Virus record (IMG/VR): IMGVR_UViG_2909309443_000009
From: a virus
Taxonomy: Duplodnaviria > Heunggongvirae > Uroviricota > Caudoviricetes
Length of the DNA stretch: 26,385 nucleotides
Direction: 5' to 3' (one strand)
Part shown: positions 8,901-16,977 of the stretch, piece after piece
Position numbering within the stretch: position 1 is the stretch's first letter
Layout: each line of letters begins with the position of its first letter
The notes under the pieces: generated by a model
Seen by the model: only the letters and a program-made list of their open reading frames with translations
The model's database searches: none
What the model was told of the DNA's origin: nothing
Position numbers and translations under genes: made by a program

Positions 8901-10366
8901 CTGGTTGCAAGTTTAATGAAACCCCTGTTGACCGTAAGCAAGTTTTTAAAACTTTCAAATGTAAACTAACTGATCAACAAAAAGACTTGTATGATGCCAC
9001 AGATCCTTTCATTTATGATGATAAATGCGAAGGAATTAAATTTGGTCGTGTGGTCGGTAGAAAAGCACAGGAAGAAATAAAGGCGAGCAAGAAATTATTT
9101 AAGAATTCATTGTCATACGATCTGTTAAGTGAGTTTGAAAATGAAATAGAGCCATACCTGGATCATAATAATAATCTGCTGGAAACTGATAAACACTTTG
9201 ATCTTCGACTAGCTCAACAATTTATATTCAATCGTGTTATAGAGCTTGGTTGGGATCCGGAGAAGCATGGTAATTTTGACCAACAAATAGGAACTGGACG
9301 TGGACGTAGAGAGGCATTCCAAGAACGGATTGGTAAAAAATACCAATGGATTGCTTATTATGAATACATGGCAAGGCTAGCCGATAATTTTACTCGTTTT
9401 GAAGGTTATGGTGACGAACGAAAGGAAAATCCATACCAAGGGCCATGGGAGCCTTACGTAAGAGATATAGATCCCACTATCTTACTTAAAGAAACTGGAA
9501 CGAAAAAAATAAGCAATAAAGAAATGTGGTGGCTTAATGATGAAGTGTTTGATTGGACTTGCTCTAATGAAGACTGGGTTAAAAGTTCTACTACTATAAC
9601 TAATTCATATGCTTTTATTGAAGTTAAAGATGATAATGGTGATGAATGGATAGTATTAGAAAGTCATCCATCATGGAAAGAACCAAAAATTATTGGAAAC
9701 GATGATTGGGGGCACCCACGAAAAGAGGTTTGGTATCAGATCAGAAGTTATATCGTTAAAGTTGAAGAATTTGAAAATTTTAGATGTTGGGCAATAGCTC
9801 AAGACTTTATGGGCAGGTGGATGCCGGAATGTACTGATAGATACCAATTATTTAATAGGGAGTACTATTGGTCCGAAGCATTTAAGTCTTTTAAATCAGA
9901 TTATTATGGTGGATCTGACTGGACTTCGGTAACAGACCGGGAGTCTGGAGCTAAGATAGCTGATGTTAGTGTCACTTCGATTAATTATTTGTGGGAAGAG
10001 GAGTTCGACAAATCAAAAATAGAAACTTTGAATTTTTTGAAGCCTAGTAACTTAATCTTTGAAAAGATGGGATTAAAAAGTGGGGAAGTAGAGGGTAGCT
10101 TCAATGATGAAAATGGAACTATGGTTTGCTTTGCAGCTGAAGCTGTATATGCTTCAAAGCCGCATCTACTTGTTAAAAAAGAACCATTTTTAACAATGTT
10201 AAGGGACAATGGTTTTGAAATCGTTTGGACATTATTAGGTGAAAAGGGCGTTATAGGGGGCTCACTCATATCAAGTCATCATTATGGTCGACAGGAGTTT
10301 AGTGGAGCATTTTATTATGAAGACAGTCAGCTAACAGGAAGTCATAAAACTAGCTTTACGAGATAA
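5912..10366 (+). CDS. Large (1484 aa) STAND/NACHT-like P-loop NTPase with uncharacterised N- and C-terminal modules; candidate antiphage defence protein
   Basis: Uninterrupted ORF with strong RBS; Walker A GKAGIGKS (nt 6935-6958), Walker B VLVFIDAINE (~7145-7177), sensor-1-like LIMSVRT; AT-rich; sits between pin and an att core. Confidence 0.8.
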   Translation: MEPISITVATYVATKLIDQFISQEGYSWIKKALFPTEKYVDRLYQLIEETAIEFEETYPVESGAIPFYHSKPLFEMLNEYILFKEFPDKEMLLDKFKEYPSVTPPTQQQLSLFYGMLSLKINNCSKLKKLHIEETYKEKIFDINEELIQVKLILRSIDEKLTFHLSDDWLNEKNSQAIADLGGRYTPELNVKLEIAEIFDGLGRTNDFSKIFYSHIDSFLVAGKKLHSCDVISSELFEINQSLKEISDIYQEINFSKLDEIPINKFNNYVSSCQTAIGGAVSILWELREKSEQVGETKHYSDKYSSTLRMLREFDYACNELRIFINSTTVKLANNPFLLLEGKAGIGKSHLLADVIKNRIASGYPSLLILGQQLTSDESPWSQIFKRLQLKITSREFLEKLNLYGKKTGKRVLVFIDAINEGNGNKFWNDNINSFVDEIRCFEWLGLIMSVRTTYRNVTISHENVVRNNFEIHEHIGFQNVELEAVSLFYDYYNIERPSSPNLNPEFKNPLFLKLLCEGIKKNGLTKVPVGFNGISNIFNFLVEGVNKSLASPKKYAFDPSFPLVKDALNEIIKFKLEIGRNSISLKDAHSVVQSVVNDYVADKTFLSALIDEGLLTKGIVRNDDNSTEEVVYVAFERFDDHLTVNFLLNDVENIESEFKPDGRLKKYFHDECDFYIKSGIVEALSIQLPERYEKELYEFLPEFSNNLKLLEAFIDSLIWRDIKAIYFEKIRPFINEHVFKFKDSFDHFLEAVISISGLVGHPFNANFLHDWLKDYSLANRDSFWTTELKYKYSEDSAFRHLIDWAWARTDKSFVSDESIELVATSLCWFLTSSNRELRDCSTKALVSLLEPRIPVLRKIIDKFYGVNDPYVWERIFAVALGCTLRTDNIKELKYLAETVYQKVFCSKYVYPNILLRDYAREIIEFANHLGLELESIELSKTRPPYNSIWPDKIPSKEELESLYDKEPYRELWSSIMEDGDFSRYTIGTNYNHSDWSGCKFNETPVDRKQVFKTFKCKLTDQQKDLYDATDPFIYDDKCEGIKFGRVVGRKAQEEIKASKKLFKNSLSYDLLSEFENEIEPYLDHNNNLLETDKHFDLRLAQQFIFNRVIELGWDPEKHGNFDQQIGTGRGRREAFQERIGKKYQWIAYYEYMARLADNFTRFEGYGDERKENPYQGPWEPYVRDIDPTILLKETGTKKISNKEMWWLNDEVFDWTCSNEDWVKSSTTITNSYAFIEVKDDNGDEWIVLESHPSWKEPKIIGNDDWGHPRKEVWYQIRSYIVKVEEFENFRCWAIAQDFMGRWMPECTDRYQLFNREYYWSEAFKSFKSDYYGGSDWTSVTDRESGAKIADVSVTSINYLWEEEFDKSKIETLNFLKPSNLIFEKMGLKSGEVEGSFNDENGTMVCFAAEAVYASKPHLLVKKEPFLTMLRDNGFEIVWTLLGEKGVIGGSLISSHHYGRQEFSGAFYYEDSQLTGSHKTSFTR

Positions 10367-10749
10367 AAATGAATCTCAGAGCTGAATATATAAGTAGTAT
10401 TAGAAACCGGGTTATACTTAAGAAATCAATCTTAAGTGTGGCAGTCGAATGGTAGCTAATATGCTAGCGGCGCTAATGCCTGTTTGTTGCTCATAACAGG
10501 CATTCACTTTAGTTATGGCAGAAAAGTATACATGCTGGGTTGGGAAAGTGTGAAAGAAAGGAAGATTGCTGCGCCGTTTGTCGTCACGTTTATCTTCATT
10601 GGCTATGCAAGTCGTAATAAAAGGTGGGACAAAACTGAGACACATAAAGCCTCGCAATGGCTTGCAAGGCTTTACATGTTTTGATGTGGTGGGACGTGTG
10701 AGCGCAGTGTTGATGGGGTAATGCTTTGAATTAGAAGCGGATTCTTATA

Positions 10750-10795
10750 ATTCGTAATGCGAAGGTCGTAGGTTCGACTCCTATTATCGGCACCA
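10750..10795 (+). other. 3' 46-nt fragment of tRNA-Thr (thrW-like, anticodon CGU): att core, not an intact tRNA
   Basis: ATTCGTAATGCGAAGGTCGTAGGTTCGACTCCTATTATCGGCACCA; upstream sequence is not tRNA-like. Confidence 0.75.
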
Positions 10796-10809
10796 TTTAA
10801 ATCAATAAG

Positions 10810-11587
10810 TTACCTCACATTTAAGTAAACTACGTTCTCCTCTTGTGCCGTATTTGTGCCATTGCGACTTATAATCGCATCGATTTTGCTCGCGTGCTCG
10901 GTGAGATGCCCGGCTGAAAGGTGGGCGTATCTTTGAACCATTTCGAGAGTTTCCCATCCTCCCATCTCTTTAAGTGCAAGAAGAGAGACACCGGACTGAA
11001 CCAGCCAGCTTGCCCAGGTATGCCTCAGATCATGGAAGCGGAAGTTGCTAATGCCTGCCCGCTTTAACGCTCCCTTCCATGCCTTGTTGCTGTCGGTTCT
11101 CATTTTCCTTACCGCTGCTGTTTTTGTTCCGTCGCTTCGGTAGGCAGGTTTGGTGTGGACAAATACCCATCTCTTATGGAGCCCCTGCTGTTTTCTTAAT
11201 ATCTGGCATGCGGTTTCGTTAAGAGGAACTCCAATCGCATTGCCAGCTTTTGTTTCATCAGGGTGCATCCATGCCATTTTCTTATCCAGATCGACCTGTG
11301 ACCACTCAAGGTCTGTAACGTTGGAACGGCGAAGGCCTGTCGTGATTGCAAACATGACCACAGGGAAGAAGTGAGGAGCAATTTCTGCAAACAGGCGCTT
11401 CGATTCCTCCTCTGTAAGCCATCTGATTCGTCCATTCTTAACGCGTGGTGTTGATATTTTGGGCGCCCTGTCAAGCCATCCCCATTCAACAGCCATATTG
11501 AGAATAGCGCGAAGTATTGCCAGATGCCGCGTCTTCGTTCCTTTGCTTGCCAGCTTTGGTTTATACTCCGGCACTGGCTTGCCAAGC
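10810..11587 (-). pseudogene. int: Tyrosine integrase, C-terminal ~255 codons, separated from its upstream part by IS66 insertion
   Basis: Catalytic motifs [13 protein letters not shown] and RYAHL present; aligns to residues ~130-387 of the intact integrase at 22883-24046; reading frame continues through the target duplication into the IS. Confidence 0.75.
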
Positions 11588-11617
11588 GTAAGCGACTCGT
11601 CAGAACCGTATTGATAT

Positions 11618-13189
11618 TTACTGAGAGCTCAGATCAACTTTCCAGGGCAACAGATCGCGTACCCGGTTTGCCGGCCAGTCCTGGATATGTTCAATGACGT
11701 AACGCAGCCACTTTTCTGACTCCACATTGTTCAGACGGCATGTGCCGATCAGCGAGTACAACACCGCCGCATGTTCACCACCGCTGTCGGAACCCGCGAA
11801 CATCCAGTTTTTCCGGCCTACGGCCACTCCCCGTAAGGCGTTCTCTGCGATGTTGTTGTCGATTTCCACCCAGCCATTACTGCAGTACACGTTCAGTGCA
11901 TCCCACTGTTTCAGCAGGTATGCGAACGCTTTTGCCGTATCTGAGTGACGCGACAGTGTTTTCATCTGTTGCTGTATCCAGTCATACAGTGACTGCATCA
12001 GTGGCGCGGCTCTGGCTTTTCTTGCCGCCAGACGCTGTTCTGCTGAACAGCCCCGGACCTCTGCCTCGATGGCATACAGTTCACCGATACGCTGCAGGGC
12101 TTCCGTGGTGATGTAGGTGGGCGCTCTTGCATGCACATCGTGGATTTTTCTCCGGACATGAGCCATACACGCGGCTTCCGTTATTCTGCCGGATTCGTAT
12201 AACGCCCGGTAACCACCGTAAGCATCGGCCTGAAGCACACCGCTGTAACCGGCCAGGTGATTTTGTGGATGGATACCTTTCCGGTCCGGACTGTACGCGA
12301 ACCAGACCGCCGGGGGCATCTGTGAACCGGCGTTACGGTCATCACGGACGTAGACCCACAGCCGGGCTGTCCGGGTTTTACCGCTGCCCGGCTCCTGGAC
12401 CGGGACGGGGATATCATCAGCATGGACTTTACCGGGCATCAGCACATACTGGCGCAGGACGTCATACAGCGGCTCCAGCAGTTCAGCAACAGCACCTGTC
12501 CAGCGCCCCAGTGTGGCACGGCTCAGCTCCACGCCCTGACGACGGTATATTTCTGACTGGCGGTATAACGGCAGATGGTCTGCATATTTCCCGGTGACAA
12601 CATGGGCCAGAAGCCCCGCTCCGGCATAACTGCGTGCAATGGGTTTTGAAGGTACTGGTGCCTGCACGATATGGTCGCACCGGCAACAGGCCTGTTTCGG
12701 ACGTTGTGTTTCGATAACCTTAAAGGCGCTGCTGATAAGCTCCAGTTGCTCTGACACATCACATCCCAGAGAACTGAGTTCACCACCACAGGCAGGACAG
12801 CATTCCTCTTCCGGCCGGATAACCCGGGTTTCACGGGGAAGTGAGGCCGGTAACGGTTTACGGGCTGAAGACTGGCGCAGGGGGGATGGCAGTACCGGGT
12901 CATATTGCTCACCCAGCGTTTCTGCCATTTCTTCCTGAAGTGCGCTGATTCGCTCCTGTGCTTCCTGTATCTGCCGTTCGGTTTTTGCGCGAAGTTTTTC
13001 TGAGCTTTTACCGAACTGCATACGTTGCAGTTTCGCAACCAGCGCCTTCAGCCGGTTGATTTCGGAAGCATAAGCCGCCACCCGCTGTGAGAGCAGGCGG
13101 TTGTATTCAGCCATCTGGCGTATGGTGTCCTGTTGCGTCTGCAACAGTGCCCGCAGGCGGGCGTTCTCATGAGCAAGTGAGGTGTCCAT
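11618..13189 (-). CDS. tnpC: IS66-family transposase TnpC
   Basis: 523-aa ORF with N-terminal coiled-coil/leucine-zipper-like region and Cys-rich segment typical of IS66 TnpC. Confidence 0.8.
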   Translation of the reverse strand: MDTSLAHENARLRALLQTQQDTIRQMAEYNRLLSQRVAAYASEINRLKALVAKLQRMQFGKSSEKLRAKTERQIQEAQERISALQEEMAETLGEQYDPVLPSPLRQSSARKPLPASLPRETRVIRPEEECCPACGGELSSLGCDVSEQLELISSAFKVIETQRPKQACCRCDHIVQAPVPSKPIARSYAGAGLLAHVVTGKYADHLPLYRQSEIYRRQGVELSRATLGRWTGAVAELLEPLYDVLRQYVLMPGKVHADDIPVPVQEPGSGKTRTARLWVYVRDDRNAGSQMPPAVWFAYSPDRKGIHPQNHLAGYSGVLQADAYGGYRALYESGRITEAACMAHVRRKIHDVHARAPTYITTEALQRIGELYAIEAEVRGCSAEQRLAARKARAAPLMQSLYDWIQQQMKTLSRHSDTAKAFAYLLKQWDALNVYCSNGWVEIDNNIAENALRGVAVGRKNWMFAGSDSGGEHAAVLYSLIGTCRLNNVESEKWLRYVIEHIQDWPANRVRDLLPWKVDLSSQ

Positions 13190-13208
13190 ATCCTCACTTT
13201 ACAACGGG

Positions 13209-13556
13209 TTATATGCGGATTCCAGCGCGTTCCGTTCGTTTCGGGTGCTTCCAGTTGATACCTTCAAGAAGCATGGATAACTGAGCCGGAGTAAGGTGCA
13301 CCTTGCCGTCACGGGTGACTGGCCAGACGAAGCGGCCCCGCTCCAGGCGTTTGGTGAAGAGGCACAGTCCGTCACTGTCAGCCCACAACACTTTTATCTG
13401 GTCACCCCGGCGTCCGCGGAAGATGAACAGGTGTCCGGAGAACGGGTCATCCTTCAGGACGTTCTGAACTTTTGATGCCAGGCCGTTAAAGCCATTTCGC
13501 ATATCGGTGATACCTGCAACCAGCCAGATACGCGAACCTGCAGGGAGAGATATCAT
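13209..13556 (-). CDS. tnpB: IS66-family accessory protein TnpB (Orf2)
   Basis: 115-aa ORF MISLPAGSRIWLVAGITDMRNGFNGL... immediately upstream of tnpC. Confidence 0.75.
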   Translation of the reverse strand: MISLPAGSRIWLVAGITDMRNGFNGLASKVQNVLKDDPFSGHLFIFRGRRGDQIKVLWADSDGLCLFTKRLERGRFVWPVTRDGKVHLTPAQLSMLLEGINWKHPKRTERAGIRI

Positions 13557-13680
13557 CAGTGGCTGCTCCCTTTTATTTCGCGGATAAGTGTCTGTAATAA
13601 CGCCGGCGTCAGTTTACCTTTAAGCCTGAGAGTTCCGGCCGGCAGAACCAGCTCACAACACAGACTGTCGGACGGTGTAT

Positions 13681-14232
13681 TTATCTGCTCTGGTTCCTGT
13701 GCGGGGCCGGGATTTTATTATCCGGCTCCGGCGTTAACGTCACGGGAAGCAGTGCCGGCATATTTTTTCCGGAAGGCAGCAGGCCACCTTTCCGGTATTG
13801 ATGGCGCCAGTTGAAGAGCAGGTTATCGTTGATTCCGTTTTCCCGGGCGATCTGCGCCACACAGGCTCCGGGCTGCAGTGACTGCTCCACTAAGGCGATT
13901 TTAAACTCATAAGGGAAGTTGGGCCGCCGGGGACGTTTTTTTACCACGGGGGCTTCGGATATAACGGTGCTTTCAGGACGTACGACTGGTATCGTGGAAA
14001 ATTGTCCGTAAAGGCAGGCATCAAGTTCCTGCTCCGACATGCCTGCGGGCAAAGGCCACGAAAGGCCAGCTCTCCGAAAGCGCACGAACATACTACAAAC
14101 TGTTGATTTTGGTACACCCAGGCGACGCCCGGCCACAACCCGGGGTAAATGTTCTTCAAAGTGAAGACGTAAAGCTTCAGTGATCCAGGTCCGGTGTTTC
14201 ATACGATAGTGTCCATTAAAAATGATGGACAT
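13681..14232 (-). CDS. tnpA: IS66-family accessory protein TnpA (Orf1), HTH-containing; N-terminal extent uncertain
   Basis: C-terminal part RPRRPNFPYEFKIALVEQSLQPGACVAQIARENGINDNLLFNWRHQYR is a transposase-type HTH; 124-bp gap before tnpB is atypical. Confidence 0.55.
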   Translation of the reverse strand: MSIIFNGHYRMKHRTWITEALRLHFEEHLPRVVAGRRLGVPKSTVCSMFVRFRRAGLSWPLPAGMSEQELDACLYGQFSTIPVVRPESTVISEAPVVKKRPRRPNFPYEFKIALVEQSLQPGACVAQIARENGINDNLLFNWRHQYRKGGLLPSGKNMPALLPVTLTPEPDNKIPAPHRNQSR

Positions 14233-14353
14233 TATTTTTGTAGAGCCGGAGGAAACAGACCAGACGGTTTAAATGAGCCGGTTACTGCCAAGCCGCAAAC
14301 ACCTGTCCCGGCTCATTTCCCAGTTCAGGCGATGGCGGCGGTTTTCCATCCCG

Positions 14354-14563
14354 TCTATCCGGAGGAAACAACACGATCTCCACTGAAGCAGGTGCCGACG
14401 TTGGTTTCGGCAGACGACGTAACTGCTCAACTATTGCTGCGCACGCCGCGCTCTGGAATTTTCGCCCCGCCGCGCTTATCAGGCTCTTACCAGCAAACGC
14501 CCCTTTGTTGGGGTGTCGCCAGTACGTGTTCACGCTGGGCGGAAAAGGCAGGATCAGCTTCAT
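14354..14563 (-). pseudogene. RusA-like Holliday-junction resolvase, N-terminal ~70 codons only, fused to an integrase fragment
   Basis: MKLILPFPPSVNTYWRH...VEIVLFPPDRR resembles the RusA N-terminus; homology stops near 14350, where another frame (14294-14350) encodes MENRRHRLNWEMSRDRCLRLGKPV matching the integrase. Confidence 0.55.
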
Positions 14564-14886
14564 ACTTTCAGGTCCCTCTCATGTAACCAGTGGGTTGCAC
14601 GCAGCCTTGCGTTTTCCTCACCGGCAAGCAGTGCGCGGATAATCCCGACCGCCTCGCTGTCGTCGTCCTTCACCGCGGTATGAAGCGTTATCCCCCGGGC
14701 CACGCCACGCTTTATCGTGATGACGCCTTTTTTCTCCAGTGCGCGAAGATGCTCCACCGCTGCATTCACCGAACGGTATCCCAGCATGGTTGCCACCTCC
14801 TGATTGGTTGGCGGGAAGCCACGTTCTTTCTGATAAGAAATCAGCATATCCAGCACCTGCTGCTGGCATTGAGTTAACGTCGTCAT
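14560..14886 (-). CDS. LexA-like winged-helix DNA-binding protein lacking the S24 peptidase domain
   Basis: QQQVLDMLISYQKERGFPPTNQEVATMLGYRSVNAAVEHLRALEKKGVI closely parallels the LexA N-terminal DNA-binding domain; 108 aa total; 4-nt overlap with upstream gene. Confidence 0.6.
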   Translation of the reverse strand: MTTLTQCQQQVLDMLISYQKERGFPPTNQEVATMLGYRSVNAAVEHLRALEKKGVITIKRGVARGITLHTAVKDDDSEAVGIIRALLAGEENARLRATHWLHERDLKV

Positions 14887-15536
14887 GCCGCCATCTCCCT
14901 GACCAGTTTTTCCGCCTGCTGGCGAACCTGCGCCAGAAACGCCTCACCACATGCCTCAAGTTCATCGCGCCCGATGTAGCTGATTGCCGGTCCCTTCCAG
15001 GTCTTGTCAAAAACAGCAATAGCACCAGCGAAAAAAGCTCCTGTCGGTACCTGCTTCTCGTCTTTCGGGATAAACCAGACAGGCAGTTCAAAACCAATAC
15101 GCCCGCGAATAAAAGCAATATGATCTGCATCTTCCGGCCACCACACTTCGCTGGTGGCAGCTTTGATCAGGAAAACATAGCGCCCGCCCTTATCACGCAT
15201 GGCACTGGCATGTTTCATGATGTAACGCATGCCGGTGATGTATTGCCCCTCATGCTGACTGGCGCGGCTGTATGGGGGATTACCAAAGGCAGCACCTTTA
15301 AGCTCCGCAAGACGTTCTGACCAGTCATGCGCCAGCGCGTTGTCTTCCGCCGTGTAATACGCGGCACATTTGGCGTTATCACCGTCAGTGAACAGATCCA
15401 GAACAAACGGGCCAAACAGGGTGTTAATTCCCCAGAAAATGTTGTCCGGCGTGCGCCACTGATCGCCCACTTCCTTCAGTTCATGGGCTGGTTTGTTCCG
15501 CAGTTCCACCAGCGCCTGGCAATATTTATTACTCAT
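14883..15536 (-). CDS. Phage-type DNA N6-adenine methyltransferase
   Basis: NPPY catalytic motif (AAFGNPPYSRA); start ATG at 15534-15536 overlaps the upstream stop (translational coupling). Confidence 0.7.
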   Translation of the reverse strand: MSNKYCQALVELRNKPAHELKEVGDQWRTPDNIFWGINTLFGPFVLDLFTDGDNAKCAAYYTAEDNALAHDWSERLAELKGAAFGNPPYSRASQHEGQYITGMRYIMKHASAMRDKGGRYVFLIKAATSEVWWPEDADHIAFIRGRIGFELPVWFIPKDEKQVPTGAFFAGAIAVFDKTWKGPAISYIGRDELEACGEAFLAQVRQQAEKLVREMAA

Positions 15537-16030
15537 TAAGCCCCCACGTAATTCCCTGACAGATACCACTCTTCACCCGATGCAGCGCGCTTGCTGCTTT
15601 TCCGTAAGCACCGCTCACGACGCGTCAGAAAATTGTTTCGTTCTGGCTGGGAGTGGCTTTCACGGAATGCCGCCATCCACACGGTTGCAGCACGACGGTA
15701 TAAGCCCCTGGACTCCAGTTCTTCCGCCTGGCGGGTCAGGCACAAAATCACACGGGGATCGTTAGTGCCGACATAGAAATTGCGCACAGGTCTGGTTTCA
15801 CGAACTGGTTGTGGTTCCGGTTCCTGCGCTCTCTCAGTCAGGCGCGGGAAATGTCTGCGTGTATCTCCTTCACAACGGTGAGCCACACGCCCACTCTGAC
15901 GTAACTTGCTTGCTGACTGCAGAACGCGCTGCCGTGAGTAACCGGCAAAAGCATCCGCAATATCTCCGGAAGTACAGCCCGGATGGGCTTCAATGAATTT
16001 CTGAACGTCATTCAAAAGACTCATGCTCAC
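15536..16030 (-). CDS. Prophage regulatory protein with PerC-like C-terminal motif
   Basis: AEELESRGLYRRAATVWMAAF resembles the PerC/Pch signature; N-terminal winged-helix-like region; ATGA overlap with O-like gene. Confidence 0.4.
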   Translation of the reverse strand: MSMSLLNDVQKFIEAHPGCTSGDIADAFAGYSRQRVLQSASKLRQSGRVAHRCEGDTRRHFPRLTERAQEPEPQPVRETRPVRNFYVGTNDPRVILCLTRQAEELESRGLYRRAATVWMAAFRESHSQPERNNFLTRRERCLRKSSKRAASGEEWYLSGNYVGA

Positions 16031-16968
16031 CCCCTGAATCCTGCCGGGATCTGGCTGTAGTCCACGTTGTCGTAACTGGCTTTGAAGTACGGGTCTTCGC
16101 GTTTTTCGGTGTACGTGCTGACGGACGGCGATAAGCGCAGGGAAAGCTCATCCCATTTTTCCCGCAGCTTCGACGGGCTGAGCACGTTACGGCACCAGAA
16201 CGGATCGCGACTGACGCGGCTGTACATCTCGCAGATTTGTTTATGAGTACGACCATCCTGCACACACATCAGGCGAATTTCGTTTGCCCAGGCTGTCCAG
16301 TTCGGTTCTTTGGGACGAACCACCTCGCCGTCACATTCGGCGGCCTGCTCGTACAGGGCGATGATTTTTTTCCAGAGCCACTGTGCGCAGGTCAAATCAT
16401 CCTGCGTTCCCCACTGGCGCTTTTTAGGGCTGAATACAACCGCATCAGGATGGCGAGTTAAAAACTCCTGTTCAGCCGTCTGCGTGTCCGGTTGCGAAGC
16501 GTCCGGACGAGAAGTTTTTTTATCTGACGGATCATGTTTTGATTTTACTGACGGATCCCCGCCAGATTCTGACGGGTGAAAACCCGCTTTTTTGCCAGAT
16601 TTCGACGCATCAAATTTTGACGGGTCAGATTTTGATGCGTCAGATTTTGACGGGTCAGAATCTGACAGTTGAGAAAATGCCGCTGCCTGAAGCTTCGCAA
16701 CGTTAAGCTGATAAACATTCGACGCATTGCGGTTACCCTGGCGACGCGCCTTACGCGTTAACCAGCCTTCTGCTTCCAGCCGTGCGATAGCCGTTCTGAC
16801 GGTACTCATCCCCGCGCCAATCTGACGGGCAATGGTTTCAATTGATGGCCAGCACACACCTTCGTCATTACTGAAATCAGCCAGGCGGGCCATAATTGCC
16901 ACGCTGGATAATTTCATGCCTGACGCTGCGCAACCATCCCATACATAGCCGGTTAATTTAGTGCTCAT
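16027..16968 (-). CDS. Lambdoid replication initiator (O-like) with internal origin iterons
   Basis: N-terminal HTH (MSTVRTAIARLEAEGWLTRK); central low-complexity SDSDPSKSDASKSDPSKFDASKS encoded by tandem DNA repeats; position after the CII-like gene. Confidence 0.65.
   Translation of the reverse strand: MSTKLTGYVWDGCAASGMKLSSVAIMARLADFSNDEGVCWPSIETIARQIGAGMSTVRTAIARLEAEGWLTRKARRQGNRNASNVYQLNVAKLQAAAFSQLSDSDPSKSDASKSDPSKFDASKSGKKAGFHPSESGGDPSVKSKHDPSDKKTSRPDASQPDTQTAEQEFLTRHPDAVVFSPKKRQWGTQDDLTCAQWLWKKIIALYEQAAECDGEVVRPKEPNWTAWANEIRLMCVQDGRTHKQICEMYSRVSRDPFWCRNVLSPSKLREKWDELSLRLSPSVSTYTEKREDPYFKASYDNVDYSQIPAGFRG
16524..16668. repeat. Iteron array (about 8 tandem ~15-bp repeats, GATTTTGACGGGTCA / GATTTTGATGCGTCA) inside the O-like gene: putative prophage replication origin
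   Basis: Direct repeats read in sequence at 16524-16668. Confidence 0.6.
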
Positions 16969-16977
16969 GACCGACCT

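Larger units (their letters stand above)
11588..14285 (-). mobile_element. Complete IS66-family insertion sequence (2698 bp) with 8-bp target-site duplication TGCCAAGC
   Basis: Ends GTAAGCGACTCGTCAGAACCGT... (11588) and imperfect inverted copy GTAACCGGCTCATTTAAACCGT (reverse complement at 14285); TGCCAAGC at 11580-11587 and 14286-14293; three IS66-type ORFs. Confidence 0.8.

Noticed and set aside
6958-10269. Short ORFs antisense to or nested in the large NTPase gene (6958-7203, 7296-7487, 7387-7638, 9985-10269)
   Set aside because: Fully contained within a continuous 1484-codon frame carrying NTPase motifs; AT-rich DNA readily yields chance ORFs.
10367-10749. Small inverted repeats (for example AATGCCTGT…ACAGGCATT near 10478-10505) and short ORFs 10418-10657 and 10484-10684
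   Set aside because: The hairpin is not followed by a U-tract and the ORFs lack support; most likely junction sequence on the far side of the att core.
11727-13038. Several ORFs inside the IS66 element (11727-11948, 11740-12111, 12127-12597, 12181-12423, 12483-12686, 12523-13038, 12639-12938)
   Set aside because: Overlapping or antisense to tnpC; Arg/Pro/Cys-rich translations typical of wrong-frame reading of GC-rich DNA.
13941-15320. Overlapping ORFs 13941-14159, 14194-14586, 14590-14877, 14618-15130, 14739-15320, 15215-15415
   Set aside because: They overlap the better-supported tnpA, rusA fragment, LexA-like and Dam genes in other frames or strands.
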